Part shown: piece by piece, positions 40,247-53,792 of the stretch | Position numbering within the stretch: the stretch's first letter is position 1 | Layout: each line of letters opens with the position of its first letter | Assembly (NCBI GenBank): GCA_951406725.2 | Contig: OX597830.1 | Location: 5,704,001-5,768,000, forward strand | Origin: Octopus vulgaris | Lineage: Eukaryota | Length of the DNA stretch: 64,000 nt | Direction: 5' to 3' | Program-made: the position numbers and the translations under genes | The notes under the pieces: generated by a model | The model's database searches: none | The model's input: only the letters and a program-made list of their open reading frames with translations | Told to the model about the DNA's origin: nothing

Positions 40247-41001
40247 GATCTTGAAATATTGGAAGGCTCTCGGTGCGAAAGTATAGAAGCTATTGCGTTA
40301 AAGCAAAGGCTCAGATGGAGTGGTCATCTGGTCAGGATGAAGGATTCAATGATGCCAAAACAACTTATATATGGAGAGTTAGCTAAAGGAGAACGACCTC
40401 CACATAAACCAAAAAAGAGGTATAAGGACTTGCTGAAGGCTTCCTTAAGAGATGCTTGCATCTCTCCTGACACACGGGAGGGCTTAGCTATTGATCGCAG
40501 CAAGTGGAGAAGGATTGTGCACGAGGGGACAGCTACTTTTGAGAAATCTCGAGTTGCACATGAGAAAGTAATGAGGGATGTCAGGAAGGGCATCGCTGTT
40601 ACACTTCCAGATTGGAAGGGTCTTCCTATGGTGCAGACATGCAGTGTCTTTGCAAGACCCTGCCTCAGTAAAGCTGGACTCAAGAGACATCTTCGTAGTC
40701 ATAAAGCGAGACAGATGAGTGACAACTTGGCCACTGGTGGTGGTGTTACACACCATTCTAATAATATCTGTCAGGCTTGTGGAAGAGAGTGTAATTCGGC
40801 AGGAGGACTTAAACGACATGCAAAGGTACATGAAACCCAGTTACAACTACAGCCGGCTATTACCAGTAAATGTTTTAGCTGCCAATTCTGTACAAGACAT
40901 TGTAGATCTTTAGCTGGGCTAAAAAGTCACATTCGATTACACCACCAGTAACAGTTAAGCTTCGTGCAATGGCCATACTCGATAACGAGGGGGCAGCCGT
41001 C
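40247..41001 (+). mobile_element. 5'-truncated RTE-clade LINE; C-terminal ORF with three C2H2 fingers
   Basis: RLRWSGHLVRM..MPKQLIYGEL..G.R..KPKKRYKD.LK is the RTE signature; 3' stem-loop ctcgataacgag; atgtatgtatgt on both flanks. Confidence 0.9.
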
Positions 41002-41014
41002 ATGTATGTATGTA

Positions 41015-41900
41015 TATCATTATTCAGTTTATTTCAAGATTTCTTGCCAATAGAGAAAGAACCGATTTCTAACCTAAATCCAAGCTTCCTTCATTGGAAT
41101 TTTAACATCAACAGCAGAATACGTTTGTTTGTACGTATGTATGTATGTATGTATGTATGTATGTATGTATGTATGTATGTATGCATGTATGTATGTATGT
41201 AGTGTATGTATCTATGTATGTATGTATCTATGTATGTATGTACGTGTAAGTGCAGATTTCTATGTTTTATGTATGTATTCTCATGCATATAGTTGCATAC
41301 CTAGAAAGGCTCATGTATATTTAAATAATAAACTTCTGAAAAGTTTTACGGATTTTTACAGTTCAAATGATAGATTGGACCGGTAGTCTTCGAATCAGCT
41401 TCCTCCTTTCTGGTTTTGTGAAGCCAAATTTCTCATGACTGGTATAAAGGCAATATATTACATATCCCAGTGCTCCAATAATTTCAGATATAAAGCTGAA
41501 CTTGTAATCTGGATATAGTAACTACATATTTCTTAATAGTTCAGCCTAGTTGTTTTCATTTTCACTGATCTTCAGCTTTATGTTACCATCCGCTGGGCAG
41601 CTAATTTCCTCAACTGTACACAATTTGTATACTCTATCCCAAATCATTATATCAGGTCTGTTGTACGTACATTTTACTGTTGTTTTCACTGGAACATTCA
41701 ACCAGTCTTCCTTTTTATTATGAGTGGCTATGACTTCTACCACACTGTGGGTTCTTATTTCTTTGTCCTGGGGGGTTTCCTTCTAACGGATTTCATTATA
41801 GACTGTCCAAGCGACAGCATGGCAGACTGTTTTGATGATCAATGTCACTATCATCTTGGAGTTTTCTACTAACATGCATAGTCTTCTGCTCACGTTTGCT
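41015..41900 (-). mobile_element. 3' fragment of an RLE-type LINE (R4/NeSL-like), interrupted by (TATG)n
   Basis: NRPDIMIWD..CTVEEISCPAD.NI..K..E and IIGALGY restriction-like endonuclease motifs. Confidence 0.8.
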
Positions 41901-41957
41901 CATCTTTTCATCTGATGATACATTACGGTATGTATGTGTATGTACCTATCTATGTAT

Positions 41958-42002
<45 letters not shown>

Positions 42003-42545
42003 CAATCACAGACACACATAGACACATACACGCATATATATTTGCATATATACGCACACACACACACGCTTACATCGGTGTCCTGATAGATCACCAAATG
42101 CGGCATTACTACCTTTCAGAGATCCTCTCATATAGGCGCTAGGAGCATAAAAGCACCCGCATACATCGTGGCAGGCAAGAATCAGCTGTTATTTGCCGAA
42201 AGTGTCATATCACGTGATTTCTTCTACTGGGAATCACAAGGGGGAAGCACTGATCATGTATACAACCATATACACCCACACACACAGAGACACACTACAC
42301 GCACGCAGGCGAACACACATATGCGTATATATATATATATATTCGTATATATATATGCACATTTATACTCACACACGCACACACATATATATATATACAT
42401 TTATATACATACATACATATACATATATATATATATATATATCACGTGACCGACCAGTCCATCAGATGTAGTTACACATCGCTGTAACGCATTGTTTTAG
42501 CCTTCGAATGACGCCACCCCGCTGGCTAAGCGAGCAGGCCAACAG

Positions 42546-42706
42546 TGGTGAAAGAGTACGGCAGGGATCACCACCCCCTGCCGGAGCCTCGTGGAGCTTT
42601 TAGGTGCTTTCGCTCAATAAACACTCACAACGCCCGGTTTGGGAATCGAAACCGCGATCCTACGACCGCGAGTCCGCTGCCCTAACCATTGGGCCATTGC
42701 GCCTCC
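42546..42706 (-). mobile_element. SINE family B, 5' part
   Basis: Matches 13274-13440. Confidence 0.85.
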
Positions 42707-43807
42707 ACACACACACACACGCAGACATATATATATATATATATATACATATATTACACATTTATATATATAAATATATGCACATATATACACATTTATA
42801 TACATACATACATATATATATATATGCCTCAGAATAGATGTACACACGCATATAGATATACACACATACATTTATATATTTATATGCGTGTGCGTGAGAG
42901 AGTGAGTGAGGTAGAATGGAATGAAAAGGAAGTAGAACTGGGGCGAGTTAAACATGAAAAAGAGCGTTTTATCATTATTTTCTAATATCTATTGAAGAAA
43001 TAATCTCTCTTCGATGTTAGATTTCAGCAAATCGAAAAAAGATGTGTAATATGACCCGAAAATTTAATGGAATCGAAGAGATTAGCGTTAATCCCATCCT
43101 CTTTGAACTTGAACTTCTTCAGAAAAAGTCTTAGATTTCAGCAGAGAGAGAGAGAGAGAGAGAGAGTTACGTTGCATTATCTTTTTATTTTATTTTATAT
43201 TCTTGCTTCTAGGAACATTCGTTCAATCTTGATATTAACATTGATCATGGAACAATAGATATGTCTATCATTAAACGTTCTACAATTTTGTGCTTCTCTT
43301 CCCAACTTTAGCTCTGACCTGATCAATCGTTAACGACGTATATTTCCAACAATTGCGATCGAAAAATTATGGGTCGCCATTTTTGCTGTATTACATCAGT
43401 GTGTATATATGTGCATGTTTATTTGTATATCTCTGTAAGTGTGTGTGTGTGTGTGTGTACGCGTCTGTGCTTAGAGACTTCAGCCGGTGTATTTTTTTTT
43501 GTATTTTGTAAGTTGTATAAATTTTGCTTTCTACGTTTTTATCTTTTTTTTTGTTCATATATTATTTGTCTTTGTTACAAGCAGCTCTGCATACGAAGCG
43601 ACTGATTTTGCTATCTTCCCAATGAATATTTTACTTCTTGTATGGACGCACTCACACACACACACACACACGGCCTCCCGCGCGCATACGCATTTATATA
43701 CATATATACATACACACACATACATACACACACAAACACAGGCACACATATATAAAAACTTTTCTCATTAATCATGTACCTCCACCTTAAGTCTAATCGT
43801 TGTCATT

Positions 43808-44222
<415 letters not shown>

Positions 44223-44313
44223 GTCATTGTTGTTTCGCCCAGGGACTCTCTTAATCAAGTAACCATATCGTGGTTCTAGTTTTGGCCACCTCGTCTTATT
44301 AGTCACAATATGA

Positions 44314-44515
44314 AGGTGACGAGCTGACAGAATCGTCAGCGCACCAAAAAAACAAAAATGCATAGCCGCACTTGTTTACATTCTGAGTTCAAATGCCGCC
44401 GGAATCGACTTTCCCGTTCATCCTTTCCACGTCAATATAATAAGTACAAGTGCTGAACTGGGGTCGGTGTAATTGACTTACTCTCTACCTCCAACCTTGT
44501 GTCAAAATTTGAAAA
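44314..44515 (+). mobile_element. Degenerate SINE family A
   Basis: gagctgacagaatcg..ttctgagttcaaatgccgcc..ttcatcctttc. Confidence 0.7.
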
Positions 44516-45056
44516 TACAATTCACAGTATCAGTACTTAAATAAAATGGTGGAATACAATTTATTGTAGGTATAACTGATTTTTAGCAGATACAGTGACC
44601 ACCTATAAGTTCTCCTCGTTTGCTGTCTTGCTTCGTCAATTCGGGTCCTTATGACATAATGTACAAAACTTCCAACTGAAGATTTCTGCTCCAAGACAAT
44701 GGAATGGTTGTTCCAAAGTAACGTTGAATTATGGATCATAATAAACTGAAAACTTTCAACTGAAATCGAAATCTGGATTTCTAAAAGAGAATAAATGAGA
44801 ATATCTGGATGTTCATGATCTTTCAGTAATATTAATATCAAAATGTTGTTTGGTTTAGCCCTCGATTAACTGGTACCGAGCAACATGTGACTGAGGCTTT
44901 CCAACCAGGACAATCCCACTCTATTGGATTATGTAAGACTGCATTATCTGATATGGCGTGTCCTCATATAAAACAGTAGGATGTGATTTGAGGGACATTT
45001 AGATGTTAGGTATAACAATTCGAGCGTCTGCGTAGAAGTTCTTTTGTTGGTCTACG

Positions 45057-45280
45057 TGGCAGAATCGTTAGCACGCCAGGCGAAATGCGTAGCCGTATTT
45101 TGTCTGCCGTTACGTTCTGAGTTCAAATTTCACCGATGTCGACTTTGCCTTTCATCCTTTCAGGGTCAATAAATTAAGTACCAGTTACGCACTGGAGTCG
45201 ATGTAATTAACTTAATCCCTTTGTCTGTCCTTGTTTGTCCCCTCTCTATTTAGCCCCCTGTGGGTAGTAAAGAAATAGGT
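45057..45280 (+). mobile_element. SINE family A
   Basis: Head, body and tail match 1074-1305. Confidence 0.88.
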
Positions 45281-45689
45281 GTACGCATATGAGTGAAATA
45301 GTACAGCAAGAACGAGAATCGAAACCGAATCGCAGTTTCAGCTAGCTTAGATTAATATTGTTTTGTTCAGCAATTCTATCTGAACCAATAATAATAATAA
45401 TATTGGATATCCATCGTCTACAGTGTGCCTAGTCAAGGGAATCACCGTCGCAGGTGGACAGCGGAAATAAATAAACAAAATCATTTCACTCCTATAAAAA
45501 GGTCTTAAAAAGTATGGAAATCCTACATACAAAAAAAAAACTATGTCCATTTACGACCATTTACGTGGGAGCTCTGGACAACTTGTTATAGTGCACGACC
45601 ATCCTTGCTACATAAGTAATGCGTGCGTAAAGTTTGGTGAAAATCGGTTGAGAATTGTGGAAATGTATGCGTTAGTCGTTATACATACA

Positions 45690-47597
45690 ACCGAGGCTTC
45701 CGCGCTTCTGGACTGGCGATCCCTGATGACGTTGTCCTCAGTTGACGAACTATGGTCATCCCTCAAAGCATATGTAATCTGTTTGACTGACCAGGCAGTT
45801 CCCGTTGGGCTTCCCAAGAGGAAGAAACACAAGCCCTGGGTGACGAAGAAGGTTAAACGAGAACGTCGACTCAGAGATATTGCTTGGGCTGAATTCAAAA
45901 ATCTGGATTCGACTGCAGCTTTTGAGGTGTACAAAACTCAACGAGACCGAGCCGTGAAAATTGAAAAGAAAGAACGCTTCAGTTATGAATACAAAATCGC
46001 GGCAAATGCCAGTAGCAATCCAAAGACCTTCTTTGCCCATGCCCAGCGGAATTCCCGCTTGAACAACCAGATTGCAACGTTGGTAGACTCAACAGGCGTA
46101 TCGATTGAGGAAGTCAAACGTGTTATTCAAGGCCTCGATGTCAACAAGGGTCACGGCCCTGACGGCATACACCCACGGGTTATCAAAGCGTTGGCTCCGG
46201 TCATCTGCGAGCCCTTAACACGACTATTCAATATGTCATTGGCGACGGGTGTTATACCTGCAGACTGGAGAACAGCGATAATCTGCCCAATTTTCAAGAA
46301 AGGGAGCCGCGAAGACCCGCTTAACTACCGACCGGTTTCCCTTACATCAATAATCAGCAAGATGTTCGAAACCATCCTTAAGAAAAGTATGATGCTCCAC
46401 CTCCTAAACACAGCCTCTATCTCTGATTCCCAACACGGCTTCGTGCCGAAGAGATCATGCTTGACCAACTTACTAGTAATGGAAGAATTGGTGACGCGCA
46501 TCCTCGATGATAGTGATGCTGTTGACATCGTTTTATTGGACTTTGCCAAAGCTTTTGACTCGGTAAACCACCGCCTACTACCTGTCAAGCTTCAAGTATA
46601 TAGTTTCCATCTGGATATTGTACGATGGGTTGGTGCCTTCCTCTCAGATCGTTCCTTCCAAGTCCAAGTTAATGGTTCGCGGTCCGACGTCTCCAGTGCG
46701 AGCAGTGGCGTGCCTCAAGGTTCAGTGCTTGGGCCCTTGTTGTTCTTAGTCTTCATAAATGACTTGCCCGACGACCTCACGCAACACACCCTTTTATTTT
46801 CCGACGATATCAAACTGGTCGCTCCTCGCGGTAATATAGAGGATCTTCGTCGATGCCTCCACCAAATTTGGAAGTGGTCTAACGATTGGGACCTGTGTCT
46901 GAACGTGTCAAAGTGCTGTCATCTGCCTGTCGGCTCTACTCCTGCAACTCAACTTGATTTCGAGCCGGGTCGTCTGCTGCTGGAGAGGACCGATCAGGTA
47001 AAGGACCTGGGTATCTTGGTGGATTCCTCCTTTTCGCCTTCGGCCCAGTGCGTCCGTGCTGCCAACAAAGCACGCGGAATTCTGTTCTTGATTCGACGGT
47101 CATTCGGAAGGCTCACAGCAGCCATATTCCTACCACTCTATGTCACGCTGGTGAGACCCATATTGGAGTATGGGATTCAAGCCTCTCCTCCTTATCTCCT
47201 CAAAGACATACAGCATCTCGAAAGAGTCCAGAAGCTGGCTACCCGCATGGTTCATGGTCTCAAAAATTTGTCCTACGAAGAAAGGCTGAGGACGCTCGAC
47301 CTTTATTCTCTTGAAAAACGCCGCCGCCGTGGTGATCTCATTCTCGCCCACAACATCATAAGCGGAAAGTGTAACCTCTCGAAAGAGCTGTTCTTCACTC
47401 CTGCTCCAGAGCGTCGGCTGCGGGGTCATTCCGAAAAGCTCTACCTGCGACGATTTCATCTCAATCGAAGGAGAGGAGCTTTCTCCGTCCGGGTTGCGGA
47501 TCCGTGGAACAAGCTGCCAGACGAGATGGTGAAGATGACGACGACCGTTTTGTTCAAAGCCTCCCTGGACCTCAAGTGGCCTGAACTCTTTACATGA
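45690..47597 (+). CDS. CR1 ORF2 C-terminal part (reverse transcriptase); no endonuclease, no native start
   Basis: Uninterrupted frame. The first ~50 aa of track ORF 45543..47597 are flanking DNA. Confidence 0.8.
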   Translation, partial: TEASALLDWRSLMTLSSVDELWSSLKAYVICLTDQAVPVGLPKRKKHKPWVTKKVKRERRLRDIAWAEFKNLDSTAAFEVYKTQRDRAVKIEKKERFSYEYKIAANASSNPKTFFAHAQRNSRLNNQIATLVDSTGVSIEEVKRVIQGLDVNKGHGPDGIHPRVIKALAPVICEPLTRLFNMSLATGVIPADWRTAIICPIFKKGSREDPLNYRPVSLTSIISKMFETILKKSMMLHLLNTASISDSQHGFVPKRSCLTNLLVMEELVTRILDDSDAVDIVLLDFAKAFDSVNHRLLPVKLQVYSFHLDIVRWVGAFLSDRSFQVQVNGSRSDVSSASSGVPQGSVLGPLLFLVFINDLPDDLTQHTLLFSDDIKLVAPRGNIEDLRRCLHQIWKWSNDWDLCLNVSKCCHLPVGSTPATQLDFEPGRLLLERTDQVKDLGILVDSSFSPSAQCVRAANKARGILFLIRRSFGRLTAAIFLPLYVTLVRPILEYGIQASPPYLLKDIQHLERVQKLATRMVHGLKNLSYEERLRTLDLYSLEKRRRRGDLILAHNIISGKCNLSKELFFTPAPERRLRGHSEKLYLRRFHLNRRRGAFSVRVADPWNKLPDEMVKMTTTVLFKASLDLKWPELFT

Positions 47598-47677
47598 ACA
47601 CCACCCTGTACTTAACTCCATGTCCCCCTACATGGCCTTGCTATTTGCTTTTGAGCCAAATTAACTAACTAACTAAC
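45690..47677 (+). mobile_element. 5'-truncated CR1-clade LINE with an open RT frame and (TAAC)n tail
   Basis: GPDGIHP, NYRPVSLTS, QHGF, LDFAKAFDSV, SGVPQGSVLGPLLF, FSDDIKL, LEKRRRRGDLI, PWNKLP; aactaactaactaac tail at ~47663-47677. Confidence 0.93.
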
Positions 47678-48757
47678 ATATACTGCGATTTATATATACT
47701 AGATATATAAACCATTGATATTATACACGGTTGTTTTCTTCCCCTATACACTCATCCAATCGTTCCACCCTTGACCCTCGCCATATTTATATCTTAGGTA
47801 AGGGTAGATACTACATTATCTATAGTATTTAATCCTGTTGAAGACTTCTGTTGCCTGTTGTTATGGAGATTTAGTTGCTATTTCTAGTAAAGAAGTTTCT
47901 TGTAAGAACATTACAGTGATATTTAAACGATTCATTGCGTCATGTGACTCACTCGCGCCTATCTTACATGCAACTAACACAATTACGATAGCCACGAAAT
48001 TGCCCAAAATTTCCCTTGGATTATAGGACCTTTGAATCATTGAAACAATTACGTCATGATATTGTTCTTTATTTTGTCAATGCCATTGCACCTGCATCTT
48101 TTTTCTCCTAAGTACAGGATTAAAATCCCTAAACAGAGTGACTTACGATCCGCTTTTGTTAAACACCTCATTATTAATCAACGCACGAATAATTAATCTG
48201 CAGAATGTTAAACTCTAACTGCGTTTTGTTCCTTAGACAAAGCCGTAGTTTCTTTCCATAAAGTGTGTGTTCAGAAGAATAAAAATTCAGTCACTCGTCT
48301 TATTAGCTTCACTATTTCGTCGTGTTCTGCGTTTCGTCATAATATCTTAAAGAAGGAAAGTACTATGCGTAATCAGCGCTATTACTGCGAGAACGAACGA
48401 ATTAGAAGAAGCGCACGATGTAACTACTGATAGACAAAATAATTCGGAGTAATACTGAAAATGTCAATCTATTTGATGGTATTATCGATTAGACTTCTTA
48501 AGAATTACAACTTAACACATCGCTTATTTGATATTTAAGATAATATCCTGGAAAAACTCAAAGAATTTACCCTGAGGAATAAAACAACAATGTTAAGGAA
48601 ACATGAAACAGGAAATTCAAACACCAAAGAGAAATAACCAAATTAAAAAAAGGAATAAATATATACAAGAACAACAAAAACAAAAACAAATAAAAAGATA
48701 GAATAACATAAGAAGGGGAAAGAAACCCGAAGAAAACAAATCTCTGTAACAACAGCG

Positions 48758-49000
<243 letters not shown>

Positions 49001-49573
49001 TATAATAAGGATAATTAAAGAGATGAGGAGCGTAGAAATGGATGAAGGGGTTAGGGAGAGTGAAGTTTGCGAAAGGGTTTCGCTTCTTCATTAAGGAGAG
49101 TTGACTTTATTTATGCAGGGAATGGCCACGAGAAAGGCATCAATATCATGGCATCTCTGCGTTTGATGAGCGGATAGGAAAATATTTTTTGTCTTTTATT
49201 CAGTCCATCCGTGACCACAAGTTCATTATTCGGACACAATATGACTAGAAAACACTGCACAGTATGTCCGTCCTTCATTTTTCTATGTCAGTACGCTTTG
49301 AATTGAGGGAGATTTGACTGCTATATTTAGCAAAGCCAACTGATCACGTAGAGCTCCCTGAATTCACTCATATAAAAAGACAGCATCTAATTATTTCCAA
49401 AGTTTTGAATATCATAATTAACCACATTCAATTAAAATATAGTGATTGGATTAAAAATGATATAAACTTAGATAAACTTAGATATCTTTCGACCAAAGAT
49501 TGGTCCAGGCCATGTCTAACTTAATAGCACCACCTGATAGGATTATTCGAATCCTGTTTAAGTCAAGTTTTGT

Positions 49574-52500
49574 TCATGTAGTGAGTTCTTGTTGGGTGAG
49601 TTGTATCCAGTTTTGTTCAAGTAGTGAGTTCTTGTTGGGTGAGTTGTATCCAATTATGGGTGGCTTATCTGGTATTCTTTGAAGGAATCTATCCAGACTC
49701 TGTTTAAAGTTGATGGGATCCTTTTCCTCTTTGATCTCCCTCGGGACAATGTTAAATAGGGCAGGGCCTGTTGAGGAAAAGAAATTATGTTGCAGTGTAC
49801 ATGTATGTTGTGATCTTGAATTTGGCAGGGGACGTATAGCCCGTGGTCCAAGTCTTGGATGAACCTTGAAGCTAATGTTTAGGTCGTTTGGGCAAAGTTG
49901 GCGGTATATTTTCCACATCGTACAAATGATGTACCGCTCACGGCGACGCTGGAAGGAGTAAAGTGTCAAGGCTTTAAGGCGATCCCAATAATCGAGAGCA
50001 GCCATGCCTTCAATTTGTTTAGTGAGAGCCCTCAGGGGTGACTCAATTCTGGAGATGTTTTGTCTTGTGTGAGGAGACCACAGTGGGCAGCAGTATTCAA
50101 GGTGTGGCCGTACAAAGGAGGAAAAAAGTGGTATGATGACACCTTGTTCTCTGGACCGGAAAGTCCTTAAGATCCAGGAACTCATCCTACGAGCTATATC
50201 GACCTTCTTGTTGATGTGTGCACTCCAACTGAGATCGTCATCAACAATTACACCCAGGTCTCTGATATTGTTAGACGCTGTGAGCGGTTCCCCTGAAGGA
50301 AGAGAGTATGGTTGTTTTAGTGAGGAATTTCTTCAAAATGCATCAGCTCAAATTTTCCCTCATTCAGTTGCATTTTGTTTCTGTCTGCCCATTGACTCAC
50401 AGCATATAGATCAGACTGGAGTTGAGTTCGGTCTGCTTCTTCATTGACGATTTGCTGGAGCTTAGTGTCATCAACGAATATTTTCACTTTGCAGTAATGT
50501 ACGACACTGGAAAGGTCGTTTACGTAAATTATGAAGAGTAGCGGACCCAAAACAGTTCCCTGGGGAACACCGCTGGTGACTTTTGCTGGGTTTGAGTGGA
50601 CTCCATCAACTACAACATGTTGTGTTCTATTCGCCAGGAAATACTTAATCCAGTGTAGAACTTTTCCACGGATTCCAACATTTGCCAATTTTGAGAGTAG
50701 GATATTATGGTCTACCCTGTCGAACGCTTTACTGAAGTCAAGATATATGACGTCAGAGTTCGAACCTGTTCCCAAGGCTTTGAGTACATCTTCAATGTGG
50801 TGTAAGAGCTGTGTTAGACAGTCCCTGCCACAGCGAAAGCCATGCTGATTTGAATTTAGGAGTTTGTCGGTCTCCAGGACGTCAGCTATCCTTTGATCTT
50901 AACACTCTTTCAAACACTTTAATGATGTGGGAGGTGAGTGAGATTGGGCGATAGTTGACTGCGAGGGATCTGTTTCCCTGTTTGAAAACCGGGATGACCG
51001 ACTGGGATAGAAACTGTTTCGGTATATAACCTGCGTCTAACGAATTTCTCCAGAGGTTGGTCAGAGGGACTGCAAGTTGATATCTACATTCCTTCAGGAG
51101 ACTAGCGGGAAATCTATCAGGGCCTACAGCAGAGTAATGTTTGACCTCATTTATTGCTGCTACGATGTCGGTGGCAGTGAAGGTTATGTCTGAGATTTTG
51201 TGTTGGGAGTCAATTTCGTTCGTTTCCCTCACGTCAATATCAGTGGGAACACTGAAGACAGAGCAGTATTGTTTCTGCAGTATTTCTGCCATTTCTTTAG
51301 CATCGTGTTGGGGAATGCCGTTATCATCAATCAATGGCCCAATGGGTGAGACAGTGGTTCTATGCTTATTTGCATAAGAATAGAACACTTTTGGGTTCTG
51401 TTTGATGTTTTTGATTACCCATTGTTCCTCCACAGCTCTTTGATTTTCAATGGAGGTTTTCATGTTAGTCTGCAGATGAAGTTTTTCCAGCTCTAGTCTT
51501 TTCATTGTTGTTGAATGTGGATGTTGTGTGTCGAGATATTTTAATTGGTTGATTTTTTTGTTGAGTCTTTTGATGCGCCTGATGAGTGTTTTTTTCTTTT
51601 TAGGGAGCCGGATTCTGTTTGTGTTAGTAGATTTCTTGGGAGCGTGTTTAGAGCATGCATGGGTGACAATGTTTTCAAAGTGATGCCACGTGGTCTCAAT
51701 ATGTGGGGAATTGAGAGTAAAAGACCAGTCAATGGAAGACAGATCCTTTCTGATTGTTCCCCAGTCCGCTTTGTGGAAGTTTATGTTGTCAAATGGGTGC
51801 CATGGAGTGGGATTGGCTGGTTTGGTTTTTATATGTCGGGAATTAAGATTGCAGAGTACCATGTCGTGGTCTGAGAGGAGAGTTTTTTCGAATGAAATGC
51901 TGTGAACGTAGCTAGAGTGATTGGCCAATACCAGATCCAAGATCGTTTTATTCTGTCTCGTTGGTTCAAGCACTAGCTGAGTCAGGAAATACTCATCCAT
52001 CAGATTAAAGAGCAGTTCTGCTGCTGCTCTATCTGATGTAGAGCACTTGCCTAACTTCAGAGTATTTGTGGGCCAGTTCACATGAGGGAAGTTAAAATCA
52101 CCCATCACCAGTATGTTTCCGGAGGGGTACTTCCGAAGGAAGGACTTGACTTTGCTAAGGCACTCTTCAAAGTACTTTAGAGGTGCCTGGGGAGGCCTGT
52201 AAAGACCAACAATGGTTATGTCCTTGGCTTTGTTGTATAGTGATACCGATTCACAGTAGCCATTGGAAAATATGTCCTTGGCATCAAGTGAAAAGGAGTC
52301 TTGGATAAAGATGGCTGTCCCTCCCTTATTTCGGTCTGTGCGATCCGCACGAACAATGGTGAAATCTTTTATTTTCACCTCTGCGTCCATATGGGTGTTG
52401 TTCAGGTGAGTCTCGGTAAGGATAAAGAAAGGGAAGCAATGTGCCATTTCGGCAAGCCAACACTCTATATATGGGATCTTCCATTTTTGGGCAATAATTG

Positions 52501-52582
52501 ATGGGTTGATGCCACGTACATTTAACAGGAATGTCGAGGTAAGGGAAGTTGGTAATGGGTGAGTGGTCCTTGTGATTTGCAT
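49574..52582 (-). pseudogene. LINE ORF2 (apurinic endonuclease + RT), two frameshifts (~50890 and ~50320)
   Basis: LNVRG, LTETHL, YRPP, MGDFN, LDLVL, SDH; NYRPISLTS, YLDFSKAFDRV, GVPQGTVLGPLLF, FVDDTK. Confidence 0.92.
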
Positions 52583-53792
52583 AGATGGTTGGTGATAGCT
52601 CGCTGGATCTCCTGGCTTAGGTCGGCCTTCATATTTTCCAGATATGTCAGTAAAAAAGAGTTCCTTGTTTGGTTTGCCACTTGGTCAGAGGATAAATATT
52701 TCATGTTGGCGTTGTTTGGTGTTTTTTCATGGTTCTGTCTACGTTGTTTGATTGTAGGAGGGGAAACGTGGTTGTATTTTGTTCTTGTTGTTATCCTAGA
52801 TTTCCTCTGTTCCTGTTTATATTTATTCTGTGATCGTTTTGTGCCCTTCAGATGGTGGTGGTTGCATTCTGGGTTCAGGCACATCCTTTGTGAGACAGAA
52901 GTTTGGCACAGTTTAGGATGGAATAAGGTGCATCCATTGCCTTCTATGCATCCGTATTTAGGATCAGAACCATAGATTCTGTATTTAGGACAGTATTTGG
53001 GGTGGAGGTGGGGGCAATATTTCCCTGTTATACCGTATGGACAGGTGCCCATAACAAGTCTACGACATAAGGTCGGATGGGGAAAAGCACAGCGTCCATT
53101 GTTGTTTGTGCGGCTGGGGCCAAATCTACAATTGCCTTTAGAATAGTAACGGCAGGGGTTTTATTTGGTTGTAGTAGTGGTTTTTCTATTTTGGTAGTAG
53201 TAGCAGTAGTGTTAGAAGCAGTTTGTTGGTTTTGTGATGGTGGGTTCTGGCTTGCCAGGATGTGGTCAAATCTGCAGCTGCCTTGAGAGTAGTAATGGCA
53301 GATAGTTTTACGCGGATGTAGTAGTGATTTTCCTATTGTGGCAGTAGTGGAGAGTTGTTTTTGTTGTAGCATCATTGGAACTTGACTAGTGGTAGTATTA
53401 GAGTGTTGTTGTTGTTGTTGTTGTTTTTGTTGCTGTAGCGAAGGTGAAACTTGACTTGGTTCATCAGGTGCTGTTGTCAATGGAAGTAGGTCAGTTGATT
53501 GTTGCTGTTGAAGTGACCCCTGACCTGTTGGAATTTGGTCATTTGTTGTACTGGATTCGTTGGCAAGAATGGCTTTTAGTGTAGCCATGTGCGCGTGAAA
53601 AATAGGAAATATCCTAATAATTTCTTTTATTTTATTTTCTATCTGTTTTACAGATCTGTGAAAGGATTTTTTCGTTAAATCCTCAGTTATTTTACTGTAA
53701 ACATTCGTTTCGTTGTGATGGATGAACCAAGCGTTAATCATTGCAGTAATTTCATTTTCAACCCAGCGGCGTTTTTGAAAATTATTGGCCAT
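52522..53792 (-). pseudogene. LINE ORF1: Myb/SANT-like N-terminus, Q/T-rich linker, tandem CCCH zinc fingers; frameshift near 53155
   Basis: RRWVENEITAMINAW..RSVKQIENKIK; CRYYSKGNCRF..CAFPH, CPYGITGKYCPHLH, CIEGNGCTLFH, CLNPECNHHH. Confidence 0.8.

Noticed and set aside
44530-44841. 103-aa non-repetitive ORF
   Set aside because: No recognisable motif and a non-ATG start.
45543-45689. ATG and first ~50 aa of the 684-aa ORF
   Set aside because: Lies in flanking repeat DNA upstream of the LINE truncation point; a chance in-frame extension.
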